Shown: in pieces, positions 1 to 8,624 of the stretch | Position numbering within the stretch: position 1 is the first letter of the stretch | Layout: every line of letters begins with the position of its first letter | Origin: an uncultured Rhodoferax sp. | GTDB taxonomy: Bacteria; Pseudomonadota; Gammaproteobacteria; Burkholderiales; Burkholderiaceae_C | DNA length: 64,000 bases | Direction of reading: 5' to 3' | NCBI GenBank assembly: GCA_964538895.1 | Contig: CAZIGL010000002.1 | Coordinates: 141,931 to 205,930 of the forward strand | Made by a program: the position numbers and the translations under genes | Notes under the pieces: generated by a model | What the model was told of the DNA's origin: nothing | Database searches by the model: none | The model's input: the letters and a program-made list of their open reading frames with translations, nothing else

Positions 1-356
1 AGCAGGGCGCTTTGGGTTTTGGGGCTGGCCCGGTTGATCTCGTCGGCCAGCAGCACCTGGGCAAACAGCGGTCCGGGGTGAAAGATGAATTGTTCCAGTC
101 CCCGGTCATAGACCGAAACCCCCGACAGATCGCTGGGCATCAGATCTGAGGTAAATTGCACACGCGAAAATTGCAGGCCGAAGGTGCGTGCCAGTGCGTG
201 GGCGAGTGTGGTTTTGCCAACACCGGGCACGTCTTCGATCAGCAGGTGGCCACCGGCCAGCAGGCAGGCGACACAATCTTGAGTTTGATCAAATTTACCC
301 ACAATGACCGTGTTAAGCTGATCAACCAGAGATTTAAGTTTGTGTTGTATATCCAT
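1..356 (-). CDS. MoxR-family AAA+ ATPase, N-terminal part (gene runs off left edge)
   Basis: Own reverse translation from ATG (rc of 354-356): [59 protein letters not shown]... The Walker A GVGKT context is typical of MoxR. Confidence 0.8.
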   Translation of the reverse strand, partial: MDIQHKLKSLVDQLNTVIVGKFDQTQDCVACLLAGGHLLIEDVPGVGKTTLAHALARTFGLQFSRVQFTSDLMPSDLSGVSVYDRGLEQFIFHPGPLFAQVLLADEINRASPKTQSAL

Positions 357-398
357 GGATTGCACCATATCAAAAATTTAACGAGGAGACAGTTATTT

Positions 399-1352
399 AT
401 GACGATGACCGGATACTTTACTCACCCAAGCTGCCGCAAACACGAAATGGCGCCGGGTCACCCCGAGTGCCCAGAGCGGCTGGATGCCATTGACGACCGC
501 CTGCTCATGTCAGGCCTGGACGTGGCGCTGGACCGGCGCGAAGCCACAGCTGCGGCGGTGTCAGACATCGAGCTGGCGCATGACCGCATGTATGTGGCTG
601 CCATCCGGGGTTTGAACGCCGAACTCAAGGAGCAAATTGAGGCTGGTGGTCATGATCAATTGCAAATTGACCCTGATACCAGCATCAATATTCACACTTG
701 GGAAGCCGCACTCAATGCCGCCGGCGCGGCCATTGACGCCACCGATGCGGTGATGGCAGGCGAGATGAAAACCGCCTTTTGTGCGGTACGTCCGCCGGGC
801 CACCATGCGTGTCGCAGCAAGGCCGGGGGCTTTTGCTTTTTCAACAACGTGGCCATTGCCGCCAAGTACGCGCTGGAGCGCCACAACCTGCACCGGGTCG
901 CCATTGTTGACTTTGATGTGCACCACGGCAACGGCACCGAAGACATCGTGGCGGGTGACGACCGCATTCTGATGGTGAGCTTTTACCAGCACCCGTTTTA
1001 CCCGATGGACTGGGAACACTCCAGTGCCAAGAACCTGGTCAACCTGCCGGTACCGGCCTACACCAAGGGCATGGAAATCCGCGACATGATCGAAGCCGCC
1101 TGGATCCCCCGGCTTGAAGCATTTCAGCCTGAAATGATTTTTATCAGTGCGGGTTTTGATGCGCACCGTGAAGACGACATGGGGCAGCTCGGGTTGGTCG
1201 AGCAAGACTACGCCTGGATCACCAGTCGCCTCATGGATGTGGCACGGCGTCACGCCAAGGGCCGCATTGTGAGTTGCCTGGAAGGCGGGTATGTGATGAG
1301 TGCGCTGTCTCGCAGCGCCGAGGCGCATATCCGGGTCTTGGCGGATGTCTGA
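399..1352 (+). CDS. histone deacetylase-family (HDAC/AcuC-like) amidohydrolase
   Basis: ORF 156..1352. ATG at 399 is preceded by GAGGAG (MTMTGYFTHP...). Motifs RPPGHHA, DFDVHHGNGT, EGGY. Confidence 0.85.
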   Translation: MTMTGYFTHPSCRKHEMAPGHPECPERLDAIDDRLLMSGLDVALDRREATAAAVSDIELAHDRMYVAAIRGLNAELKEQIEAGGHDQLQIDPDTSINIHTWEAALNAAGAAIDATDAVMAGEMKTAFCAVRPPGHHACRSKAGGFCFFNNVAIAAKYALERHNLHRVAIVDFDVHHGNGTEDIVAGDDRILMVSFYQHPFYPMDWEHSSAKNLVNLPVPAYTKGMEIRDMIEAAWIPRLEAFQPEMIFISAGFDAHREDDMGQLGLVEQDYAWITSRLMDVARRHAKGRIVSCLEGGYVMSALSRSAEAHIRVLADV

Positions 1353-2628
1353 ACCGGCGATTGCCGACCTGGAGGATTGGCTGGCCGCCTTGAGCCAGAC
1401 CAGCACGTTGATTGAGTTGAGCGCCTTGCTGGCTGCTGGCCTGCTGGCCTGGCTGCTGGCACGCCTGATTTCCAAGGCTTTTGTTGAGCGCGAGCTCAAT
1501 TCCATCATGTTTGGGCGCCGCATTGTCGATGGCGTGCTGTTTCCTGCCCTGCTGTTGTGTCTGGCTTACGCTGCGCGCAAGCTGCTGGTCGTGAGCTTTC
1601 CGTTGGTTCCGCTGGCACTTTTCAAGCTGGCCATTCCGGTGCTGATCTCCCTGCTGGTGATTCGCATGGGGGTCAAGGTATTGCAGGCGGCATTCAGTGA
1701 CACGCCCCTGGTTCGCCTGCTGGAGCGCAGTATTTCCTGGATCGCCTGGGTTGCCATGGTGCTGTGGGTCAGCGGCTTGTTGCCGCTGGTGATGGAGGAA
1801 CTGGACCAGATCAGCTGGAGCGTGGGCGGCGCCACTTTGTCGGTGCGCAAAATCATTGAAGGCACTTTGACGGCGGGTTTGGTGCTGATCATCAGCTTGT
1901 GGATATCGTCGGCCATCGAGGCCAAGTTGCTGCGCAGTGCCAAAGGCGGCGAGTTGAGTCTGCGCAAGGCCTTCAGCAATGCGGCCCGCGCTTTACTGAT
2001 GTTTGTCGGCTTGTTGCTGGCCTTGTCGGCTGTTGGCATTGACCTGACGGCGCTGTCGGTGCTGGGTGGTGCGATTGGCGTGGGCATTGGTTTTGGCCTG
2101 CAAAAACTGGCCGCCAACTACGTCTCGGGCTTTGTCATTTTGACCGAACGCAGCATGCGCATTGGCGACAGCGTGCAGGTTGACAACTTCAGCGGCGTCA
2201 TCACCGAGATCAATGCGCGCTACACCGTGATCCGTTCGCTGGCCGGGCGCGAATCCATTGTGCCCAACGAGATGCTGATCATCAGCCGGGTCGAGAACCT
2301 GTCTTTGGCCGACCCCAAAGTCTGGCAGTTCACCAATGTATCTGTGGGGTATGACAGCGATGTCGACCTGGTGTCGCGCTTGCTGTTGCAGGCGGCCACG
2401 GGTCAGCAGCGGGTGCTGATCGATCCTGGCCCGTCGGTGGTTTTGATGGCTTTTGGTGCCGATGGCCTGGAGTTCCGGCTGGGCTACTGGATTGGCGACC
2501 CCGAAAACGGCAGCGACAACCTGCGCTCCCTGATCAACCTGGAGATTTTGCAGCTGTTGCGAGCGCATCACATTGAGATTCCTTACCCGCAACGCGTCAT
2601 TCACCAGCGCGTCGTGTCATCTGGCTGA
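1345..2628 (+). CDS. MscS-family mechanosensitive ion channel
   Basis: ORF 1300..2628. ATG 1345 overlaps the HDAC stop (ATGTCTGA). Several TM helices are followed by an MscS beta domain (GDSVQVDNFSGVITEINARYTVIRS). Confidence 0.85.
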   Translation: MSEPAIADLEDWLAALSQTSTLIELSALLAAGLLAWLLARLISKAFVERELNSIMFGRRIVDGVLFPALLLCLAYAARKLLVVSFPLVPLALFKLAIPVLISLLVIRMGVKVLQAAFSDTPLVRLLERSISWIAWVAMVLWVSGLLPLVMEELDQISWSVGGATLSVRKIIEGTLTAGLVLIISLWISSAIEAKLLRSAKGGELSLRKAFSNAARALLMFVGLLLALSAVGIDLTALSVLGGAIGVGIGFGLQKLAANYVSGFVILTERSMRIGDSVQVDNFSGVITEINARYTVIRSLAGRESIVPNEMLIISRVENLSLADPKVWQFTNVSVGYDSDVDLVSRLLLQAATGQQRVLIDPGPSVVLMAFGADGLEFRLGYWIGDPENGSDNLRSLINLEILQLLRAHHIEIPYPQRVIHQRVVSSG

Positions 2629-2643
2629 TGGGGTCCTGCGTAT

Positions 2644-2669
2644 AATAAAAGAACGGTCGTTCTTTTATT
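2644..2669. promoter_or_regulatory. perfect inverted repeat AATAAAAGAACG-gt-CGTTCTTTTATT (operator candidate and/or mscS terminator)
   Basis: 12-bp arms read directly. Located 16 bp after the mscS stop and 140 bp before etfB. Confidence 0.5.
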
Positions 2670-2731
2670 GATTTTGGAAGAATTTCCCTGTTGCGGTCAT
2701 GTCGGTAGTCACCGCCGCATAGAATGTCCGA

Positions 2732-2749
2732 ATTGACGTGCACGTCAAT
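2732..2749. promoter_or_regulatory. 18-bp perfect palindrome ATTGACGTGCACGTCAAT (operator candidate upstream of etfB)
   Basis: Read directly. Located 60 bp upstream of the etfB ATG. Confidence 0.5.
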
Positions 2750-2808
2750 CAAACTGATGTCGGTGCGGCGTGTTTTGCCTATTTTTAACCTTCTGGAGAG
2801 AGACAGTT

Positions 2809-3558
2809 ATGAAAGTCCTGGTCGCAGTCAAGCGTGTGGTGGACTACAACGTGAAGGTCCGGGTCAAGTCGGACAACACGGGTGTGGACACCGCCAACGT
2901 CAAAATGAGCATGAACCCGTTTGACGAAATCGCCATCGAGGAAGCCGTGCGCCTGAAAGAAAAAGGCGTGGCCACCGAGATCATCGCCGTCTCCTGCGGC
3001 GTCACCCAGTGCCAGGAAACCCTGCGCACTGCCATGGCCATCGGCGCCGACCGCGCCATCCTGGTCGAAACTGCTGAAGAACTCCAACCGCTGGCGGTGG
3101 CCAAGCTGCTCAAGGCGCTGGTCGACAAGGAACAACCCGGCCTCATCATCCTGGGCAAACAGGCCATTGACGACGACTGCAACCAGACTGGCCAGATGTT
3201 GGCTGCGCTGGCTGACCTGCCGCAAGTGGCCTTTGCCAGCAAAGTCGAAGTGGCTGACGGCAAAGCCACGGTGTCGCGCGAAATCGACGGCGGCACCGAG
3301 ACCCTGAGCGTCACTCTGCCAGCCGTGCTCACCGCCGACCTGCGCCTGAATGAGCCGCGCTACGTGACGCTGCCCAACATCATGAAGGCCAAGAAAAAGC
3401 CCATGGAAGTGCTCAAGCCCGAAGACCTGGGTGTCGATGTGAGTCCGCGCATCAAGACCCTGAAAGTCAACGAGCCACCCAAGCGCAGCGCCGGTGTCAA
3501 GGTGCCCGACGTGGCCACACTGGTGGCCAAACTCAAGAACGAAGCCAAAGTCATCTGA
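2809..3558 (+). CDS. etfB: electron transfer flavoprotein beta subunit
   Basis: ORF 2770..3558. ATG 2809 follows GGAGAGAGA. Protein [19 protein letters not shown]... is typical EtfB. Confidence 0.93.
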   Translation: MKVLVAVKRVVDYNVKVRVKSDNTGVDTANVKMSMNPFDEIAIEEAVRLKEKGVATEIIAVSCGVTQCQETLRTAMAIGADRAILVETAEELQPLAVAKLLKALVDKEQPGLIILGKQAIDDDCNQTGQMLAALADLPQVAFASKVEVADGKATVSREIDGGTETLSVTLPAVLTADLRLNEPRYVTLPNIMKAKKKPMEVLKPEDLGVDVSPRIKTLKVNEPPKRSAGVKVPDVATLVAKLKNEAKVI

Positions 3559-3580
3559 CTCACCCAATGAACAGAAACTC

Positions 3581-3652
3581 CGTCACTGCGAGCGCAGCGC
3601 GGCAGTCCATGAAATCCTGGATTGCCACGTCGCTATGCTCCTCGCAATGACG
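3581..3652 (+). repeat. REP-like hairpin element, family A copy 1
   Basis: CGTCACTGCGAGC...GCTCCTCGCAATGACG has terminal inverted repeats. It is about 80 percent identical by eye to 4622..4691. Confidence 0.8.
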
Positions 3653-3684
3653 ACTTTCTCATGAACTGATTAAAGGACCCCCCC

Positions 3685-4614
3685 ATGAGCACCCTCGTCA
3701 TCGCCGAACACGACAACGCCTCCCTCAAGCCCGCCACCCTCAACACCGTCACCGCCGCGCTACAGTGCGGTGGCGATGTGCATGTGCTGGTGGCTGGCCA
3801 CAATGCCGGTCCGGCTGCTGCGGCCGCTGCCCAGATTGCCGGTGTCGCCAAAGTGCTGCACATCGACGCAGAAACACTGGCGCACGGCATCGCAGAAAAC
3901 CTCACGGCGCAAATTGTCGCCCTGGCCGCCAACTACAGCCACCTGCTGTTCCCGGCCACCGCCTCGGGCAAGAACGTGGCACCGCGCGTGGCCGCCAAGC
4001 TCGACGTGGGCCAACTCTCGGACGTTACCAAGGTGTTGAGCCCGGACACATTCGAGCGCCCCATCTATGCCGGCAACGCCATGGCCACGGTGCAAAGCCT
4101 GGACGCCATCAAGGTGCTGACCGTGCGCACCACCGGCTTTGACGCCGCCGCACAGGGTGGCTCGGCCGCCGTTGAGTCTGTCGCAGCGCAAGCCGCGCCG
4201 GGCAACACCACCTACCTCGGCGCCGAGATCGCCAAAAACGACCGCCCCGAGCTCACCGCTGCCAAGGTCATCGTCAGCGGTGGCCGTGCCCTGGGCTCGC
4301 AAGAAAAATTCAACGAGTTGTTGACCCCGCTGGCTGACAAGCTCGGTGCTGCCATTGGCGCCAGTCGTGCCGCAGTGGACGCCGGCTACGCCGCGAACGA
4401 CCTGCAAGTGGGCCAGACCGGCAAAATTGTGGCGCCTCAGCTCTATATTGCCGCAGGCATCAGCGGTGCCATCCAGCATTTGGCCGGCATGAAGGACAGC
4501 AAGGTGATCGTGGCCATCAACAAGGACCCCGAGGCGCCGATCTTCAGCGTGGCCGACTACGGCCTGGAAGCCGACCTGTTTGTGGCCTTGCCCGAGTTGA
4601 CGGCCGCGCTCTAG
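3685..4614 (+). CDS. etfA: electron transfer flavoprotein alpha subunit
   Basis: [20 protein letters not shown]... with a C-terminal FAD-binding region ([19 protein letters not shown]). Confidence 0.93.
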   Translation: MSTLVIAEHDNASLKPATLNTVTAALQCGGDVHVLVAGHNAGPAAAAAAQIAGVAKVLHIDAETLAHGIAENLTAQIVALAANYSHLLFPATASGKNVAPRVAAKLDVGQLSDVTKVLSPDTFERPIYAGNAMATVQSLDAIKVLTVRTTGFDAAAQGGSAAVESVAAQAAPGNTTYLGAEIAKNDRPELTAAKVIVSGGRALGSQEKFNELLTPLADKLGAAIGASRAAVDAGYAANDLQVGQTGKIVAPQLYIAAGISGAIQHLAGMKDSKVIVAINKDPEAPIFSVADYGLEADLFVALPELTAAL

Positions 4615-4621
4615 TCTGTAT

Positions 4622-4691
4622 CGTCATTGCGAGCGAAGCGTGGCAATCCATGCAGACCTGGATTCCCACGTCGCTGCGCTCCTCGCAATGA
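4622..4691 (+). repeat. REP-like hairpin element, family A copy 2
   Basis: CGTCATTGCGAGCGAAGCGTGGCAATCC...CCCACGTCGCTGCGCTCCTCGCAATGAC, in the same orientation as copy 1. Confidence 0.8.
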
Positions 4692-4748
4692 CAGGTTTTA
4701 AACGACCCGTGTCAGGCGTGCATTTTTTGAAATTTTTGGAGATTACCC

Positions 4749-6539
4749 ATGAGCTACACCGCCCCCGTCAAAGACATGCTGTTCAACATCGAGCATCTGG
4801 CCGGCATTGACCAGATCGCCCTATTGCCCGGCATGGAAGATGCCGGTCTGGAGACCGCGCAGGCCGTGCTCGAAGAAGCGGCCAAGTTTTGCGAGGGTGT
4901 GCTCGCGCCCCTGAATTGGGAAGGCGACAAAAACCCGTCCACCTGGAAAGACGGTGTGGTCACTGCGGCCCCGGGCTTCAAGGAGGCCTACAGGCAAAAC
5001 GCCGAGGCCGGCTGGCAAGGTCTGCAACACCCCACCGACTTTGGTGGTCAGGGCCTGCCCAAAACCATTGGTTCTGCCGTGGGCGAAATGCAAAACGCCG
5101 CCAACCTGAGCTTTGCCCTGTGCCCGCTGCTGACTGACGGTGCCATCGAGGCGCTGCTCACGGCAGGCAGCCCCGAACTTAACGCCATCTACCTGGAAAA
5201 ACTCGTCAGCGGCGAATGGACCGGTACCATGAACCTGACCGAGCCGCAGGCCGGCTCTGACCTGGCCGCCGTGCGCACCCGCGCCGAACCCCAGGCCGAC
5301 GGCAGCTACAAGGTGGCTGGCACCAAGGTCTACATCACCTGGGGTGAGCACGACATGGCCGACAACATCATCCATCTGGTGCTGGCCCGTGTCACCGGCG
5401 CACCCGAAGGCGTGAAGGGCATCAGCCTGTTTGTGGTGCCCAAGTTCATGGTTAACGCCGATGGTTCTGTCGGTGCGCGCAACGACGTGCACTGTGTGTC
5501 GATCGAACACAAGATGGGCATCAAGGCCAGCCCCACGGCTGTCCTGCAGTTCGGTGACCACGGCGGCGCGGTCGGCTACCTGGTGGGCCAGGAAAACCGT
5601 GGCCTGGAGTACATGTTCATCATGATGAACGCCGCCCGTTACGGCGTGGGGGTGCAGGGCATTGCCATTGCTGACAGGGCCTACCAAAAAGCGGTGCAGT
5701 TTGCCAGGGAGCGCATTCAGAGCCGCCCGGTCGATGGCTCGCTGCCGGCGGCTGGCCCCATCATTCACCACCCGGATGTCAAACGCATGCTCATGACCAT
5801 GCGCGCCTACACCGAGGGCTGCCGTGCCCTGTCCAGCGTGGCGGCTGCCGCCTATGACGCGGCACACCACCACGAAGACGCTGACATACGCAAGCAAAAC
5901 CAGGCGTTTTATGAGTTCATGGTGCCGCTGATCAAAGGTTACAGCACCGAGATGAGCCTTGAAGTGACCAGCCTGGGTGTGCAGGTGCATGGCGGCATGG
6001 GCTACATTGAAGAAACCGGTTGCGCCCAGTATTACCGCGATGCCAAGATCCTGACCATTTACGAAGGCACCACCGCCATCCAGGCCAACGACCTGGTGGG
6101 CCGCAAGACCGCGCGTGATGGCGGCCAGACCGCCAAAGGTATTGCCTTTCAGATCGAAGCCACCGAATTCGAGCTGCAGCAAAGCGGCAGCGACGATGCC
6201 GAGGCTGTGGCCAAACGCCTCAAGGCGGCCCGACTGGCCTTCCTGGACGTGGTGGCGTTTGTGGCGGCCAACACCAGGACGGAGCCCAACGACGTGTTTG
6301 CCGGCAGCGTGCCCTACCTGATGCTGGCGGGCAACCTGATGGCGGGCTGGCAACTGGCGCGCGCCTTGCTGGTAGCCCAAGAGCAATTGGCCAAGGGTCA
6401 GGACGCGGCTTTCATGCAGGCCAAAATCATCACCGCACGTTTCTACGCCGACCACTTGCTGACCAAGGCCCCGGGCCTGCGCGACAGCATTGTGGAGGGG
6501 GCCGCCTGCGTGACCGAGTTGGCGCTGGACGCCTTCTGA
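4749..6539 (+). CDS. large acyl-CoA dehydrogenase (about 596 aa, FadE-like with C-terminal extension)
   Basis: MSYTAPVKDMLFN... with NLTEPQAGSDL, YITWGEHD, IYEGTTAIQ motifs. Adjacent to etfBA. Confidence 0.9.
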   Translation: MSYTAPVKDMLFNIEHLAGIDQIALLPGMEDAGLETAQAVLEEAAKFCEGVLAPLNWEGDKNPSTWKDGVVTAAPGFKEAYRQNAEAGWQGLQHPTDFGGQGLPKTIGSAVGEMQNAANLSFALCPLLTDGAIEALLTAGSPELNAIYLEKLVSGEWTGTMNLTEPQAGSDLAAVRTRAEPQADGSYKVAGTKVYITWGEHDMADNIIHLVLARVTGAPEGVKGISLFVVPKFMVNADGSVGARNDVHCVSIEHKMGIKASPTAVLQFGDHGGAVGYLVGQENRGLEYMFIMMNAARYGVGVQGIAIADRAYQKAVQFARERIQSRPVDGSLPAAGPIIHHPDVKRMLMTMRAYTEGCRALSSVAAAAYDAAHHHEDADIRKQNQAFYEFMVPLIKGYSTEMSLEVTSLGVQVHGGMGYIEETGCAQYYRDAKILTIYEGTTAIQANDLVGRKTARDGGQTAKGIAFQIEATEFELQQSGSDDAEAVAKRLKAARLAFLDVVAFVAANTRTEPNDVFAGSVPYLMLAGNLMAGWQLARALLVAQEQLAKGQDAAFMQAKIITARFYADHLLTKAPGLRDSIVEGAACVTELALDAF

Positions 6540-6926
6540 CAGGGGCAATGTAACCGGATGCAGCGCAGCGCAACCCGGCGCGGCGACCGGGTCATGCGCA
6601 TGCGGTTTCGGGGGCAAATCACGCGCGAAACAGAGAGTGCCTGTCGCCGACTGCTGTCTGCACGCGCCTTTGCCCCCAAAGTCCGGTCGCATGGCCCAAT
6701 CCCCGCACCTACGCGCCAGTGTGGCAGATCAGTTTTGACGGACAAGCCTGCAAGAATTCCCATTCTGATCGACTCACCAGCTCATGAAATCAGCCGGGTG
6801 ATGCGCTTTGCGGAGGTCAAGGGGGAGTCCGCGCAGCGGGCCGGGGACACGCAGCAAAGCGCGTCGCCCGGCTGATTGGGCAAGCACCCCGGTGCAGCCT
6901 TTGCCCCGGCATCGCCCCCCTGCGGG

Positions 6927-7631
6927 TCAGCGCGCCGGATCTGTAAAGATCAGCGTTTGAGCTTGTTCGGCTTGCCACGGCGGGTACTTGACCATGACCT
7001 GCTGAAACAACGGCGAGGCCTCGAAGTTGGCCAACCAGGTTTGCAACCGTGGCCATGGCTGGCTGGCAAACCAGGCGCTGTCGGTGTGCGCGAATTGACG
7101 CACAAAGGGCGCCATGGCGGCATCGGTCAAACCCCAATGGGTGCCTGACAGGCAGACTGCTTCGATCAGGCGCTGGTTCAAGTCAGCGAGAAAGACACCC
7201 GCTGCAGCGCGTGACTCGGCAGGTTCAGCATCGTCAAACCGGCTCGGGTACTTGGTGCGGTCCAGCTGCGGCTTGAAGTCGTCGTCACAGCGTTTGATTA
7301 AATGCAGGGCTTCTGCCATGTTGTCTTGCGCAGGGAGCCAATGCAAGGGGTCGTGGCGTTGCAGTGCCCACAGCATGATGTCGAGGCTTTCGTCCAGCAC
7401 GCGGCCATCCGTGTCGAGCAGCACCGGCACCGTGGCCTTGGCCGACGCCTGCCGCAGTTCATCCGGTTTGTGACTCAGCACCACTTCACGCAATTCATAC
7501 GGTTGCCCGCTTGCCGCCAGCGCCAGGCGGGCACGCATGGCGTAGGGGCAGCGGCGAAACGAGTACAGAATTGGATAGCTTATTTGGTTGCTCCCACCCA
7601 GTCCAGCCCGCGCGCCTTGGCCAGACCCCAC
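6927..7631 (-). CDS. glutathione S-transferase-family protein
   Basis: ORF 6927..7631. The N-terminal thioredoxin-like fold reads YSFRRCPYAMRARLAL...VPVL. The only canonical in-frame start before the CPY motif is GTG at 7631, giving a 52-nt overlap with the trhO 3' end. Confidence 0.75.
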   Translation of the reverse strand: MGSGQGARAGLGGSNQISYPILYSFRRCPYAMRARLALAASGQPYELREVVLSHKPDELRQASAKATVPVLLDTDGRVLDESLDIMLWALQRHDPLHWLPAQDNMAEALHLIKRCDDDFKPQLDRTKYPSRFDDAEPAESRAAAGVFLADLNQRLIEAVCLSGTHWGLTDAAMAPFVRQFAHTDSAWFASQPWPRLQTWLANFEASPLFQQVMVKYPPWQAEQAQTLIFTDPAR

Positions 7632-8503
7632 TGGCGCATGCGTTCACGGGCGCCCGATTTTTGCGCTTCGCTGGTGACGGCGTGGCAGCGCGCGCAGCTG
7701 ACGCCGTCCTCGAACAGCGGCGACAACTTGTCGGCCTCGCTGATGGGCATGCGGCAAGCCCGGCACAGGCCGTAGTCACCGACTTCAAGGCCGTGACCGA
7801 CCGACACCCGCTCGTCAAAAACAAAACACGCCCCCTGCCACAGGCTTTGTTCGGGCGGCACGGTCTCCAGATATTTCAGAATGCCGCCTTCCAGGTGGTA
7901 GACCTCGTCGAAGCCCTGGGCGCGCAAGAGCGCCGTGGATTTTTCGCAGCGAATGCCGCCGGTGCAAAACATCGCAACCCTGGGTTTCTTGCCGCTGGCC
8001 GGGTTCAGCGCCGCAGTCTGTTCGACCCACTGCGGCAGTTGGGAAAAGCTGTCAATGTGCGGATTCAGCGCGCCGGCAAAACTGCCGATGTCCACCTCGT
8101 AGTGGTTGCGGGTGTCGACCACCACCACGTCAGGGTCGGAGATCAGCTGGTTCCATTCGGCCGGTTTGACATAGGTGCCCGCCAGTTTGGCCGGGTTGGC
8201 CTCGGGTACGCCGAGCGTCACGATCTCACGTTTCAGGCGTACTTTCATGCGGTAAAACGGCGCCTTGTCCGACCAGGCTTCCTTGTGCTGCAGGTCGGCC
8301 AGGCGCGGGTCTTGGCGCAAATAGGCCAGCACCGCGTGCACGCCATCCGCCGGGCCGGCAATGGTGCTGTTGATACCCTCGGCGGCCAGCAAAATCATGC
8401 CCTTGACGCCCTGCTGCTGGCAGAAGGCCAGCAAGGGTTCTTTCAGCGCGGTGTGGTCAGGCAGGTCGACAAATTTGTAAAAGGCGGCGGTCAGGTAGTG
8501 CAT
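7580..8503 (-). CDS. trhO: rhodanese-domain protein UPF0176 / tRNA U34 hydroxylase TrhO (YceA family)
   Basis: MHYLTAAFYKFVDLPDH... with the rhodanese loop MFCTGGIRCEK and a C-terminal Cys cluster. Confidence 0.85.
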   Translation of the reverse strand: MHYLTAAFYKFVDLPDHTALKEPLLAFCQQQGVKGMILLAAEGINSTIAGPADGVHAVLAYLRQDPRLADLQHKEAWSDKAPFYRMKVRLKREIVTLGVPEANPAKLAGTYVKPAEWNQLISDPDVVVVDTRNHYEVDIGSFAGALNPHIDSFSQLPQWVEQTAALNPASGKKPRVAMFCTGGIRCEKSTALLRAQGFDEVYHLEGGILKYLETVPPEQSLWQGACFVFDERVSVGHGLEVGDYGLCRACRMPISEADKLSPLFEDGVSCARCHAVTSEAQKSGARERMRQWGLAKARGLDWVGATK

Positions 8504-8524
8504 TGGGCCATTTCATTTGAAGCG

Positions 8525-8621
8525 CTTGCGGGTCAGACCACTCGCATAGCGACGTGCTCTGACCCCAGATTGGAATACCTTGCGGGTCAGTCCACTCGCG
8601 CAGCGACGTGCTCTGACCCCA
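8525..8621 (+). repeat. REP-like element family B, two tandem 43-bp units separated by 11 bp
   Basis: CTTGCGGGTCAGACCACTCGCATAGCGACGTGCTCTGACCCCA (8525-8567) and the near-identical 8579-8621. Each unit folds as GGGTCAG...CTGACCC. Confidence 0.85.
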
Positions 8622-8624
8622 ACA

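Noticed and set aside
4821-6692. 623-aa ORF antisense to the acyl-CoA dehydrogenase gene
   Set aside because: It has the Arg/Gly/His-rich, low-complexity composition typical of antisense frames in high-GC DNA. The sense strand encodes a clearly recognisable protein.
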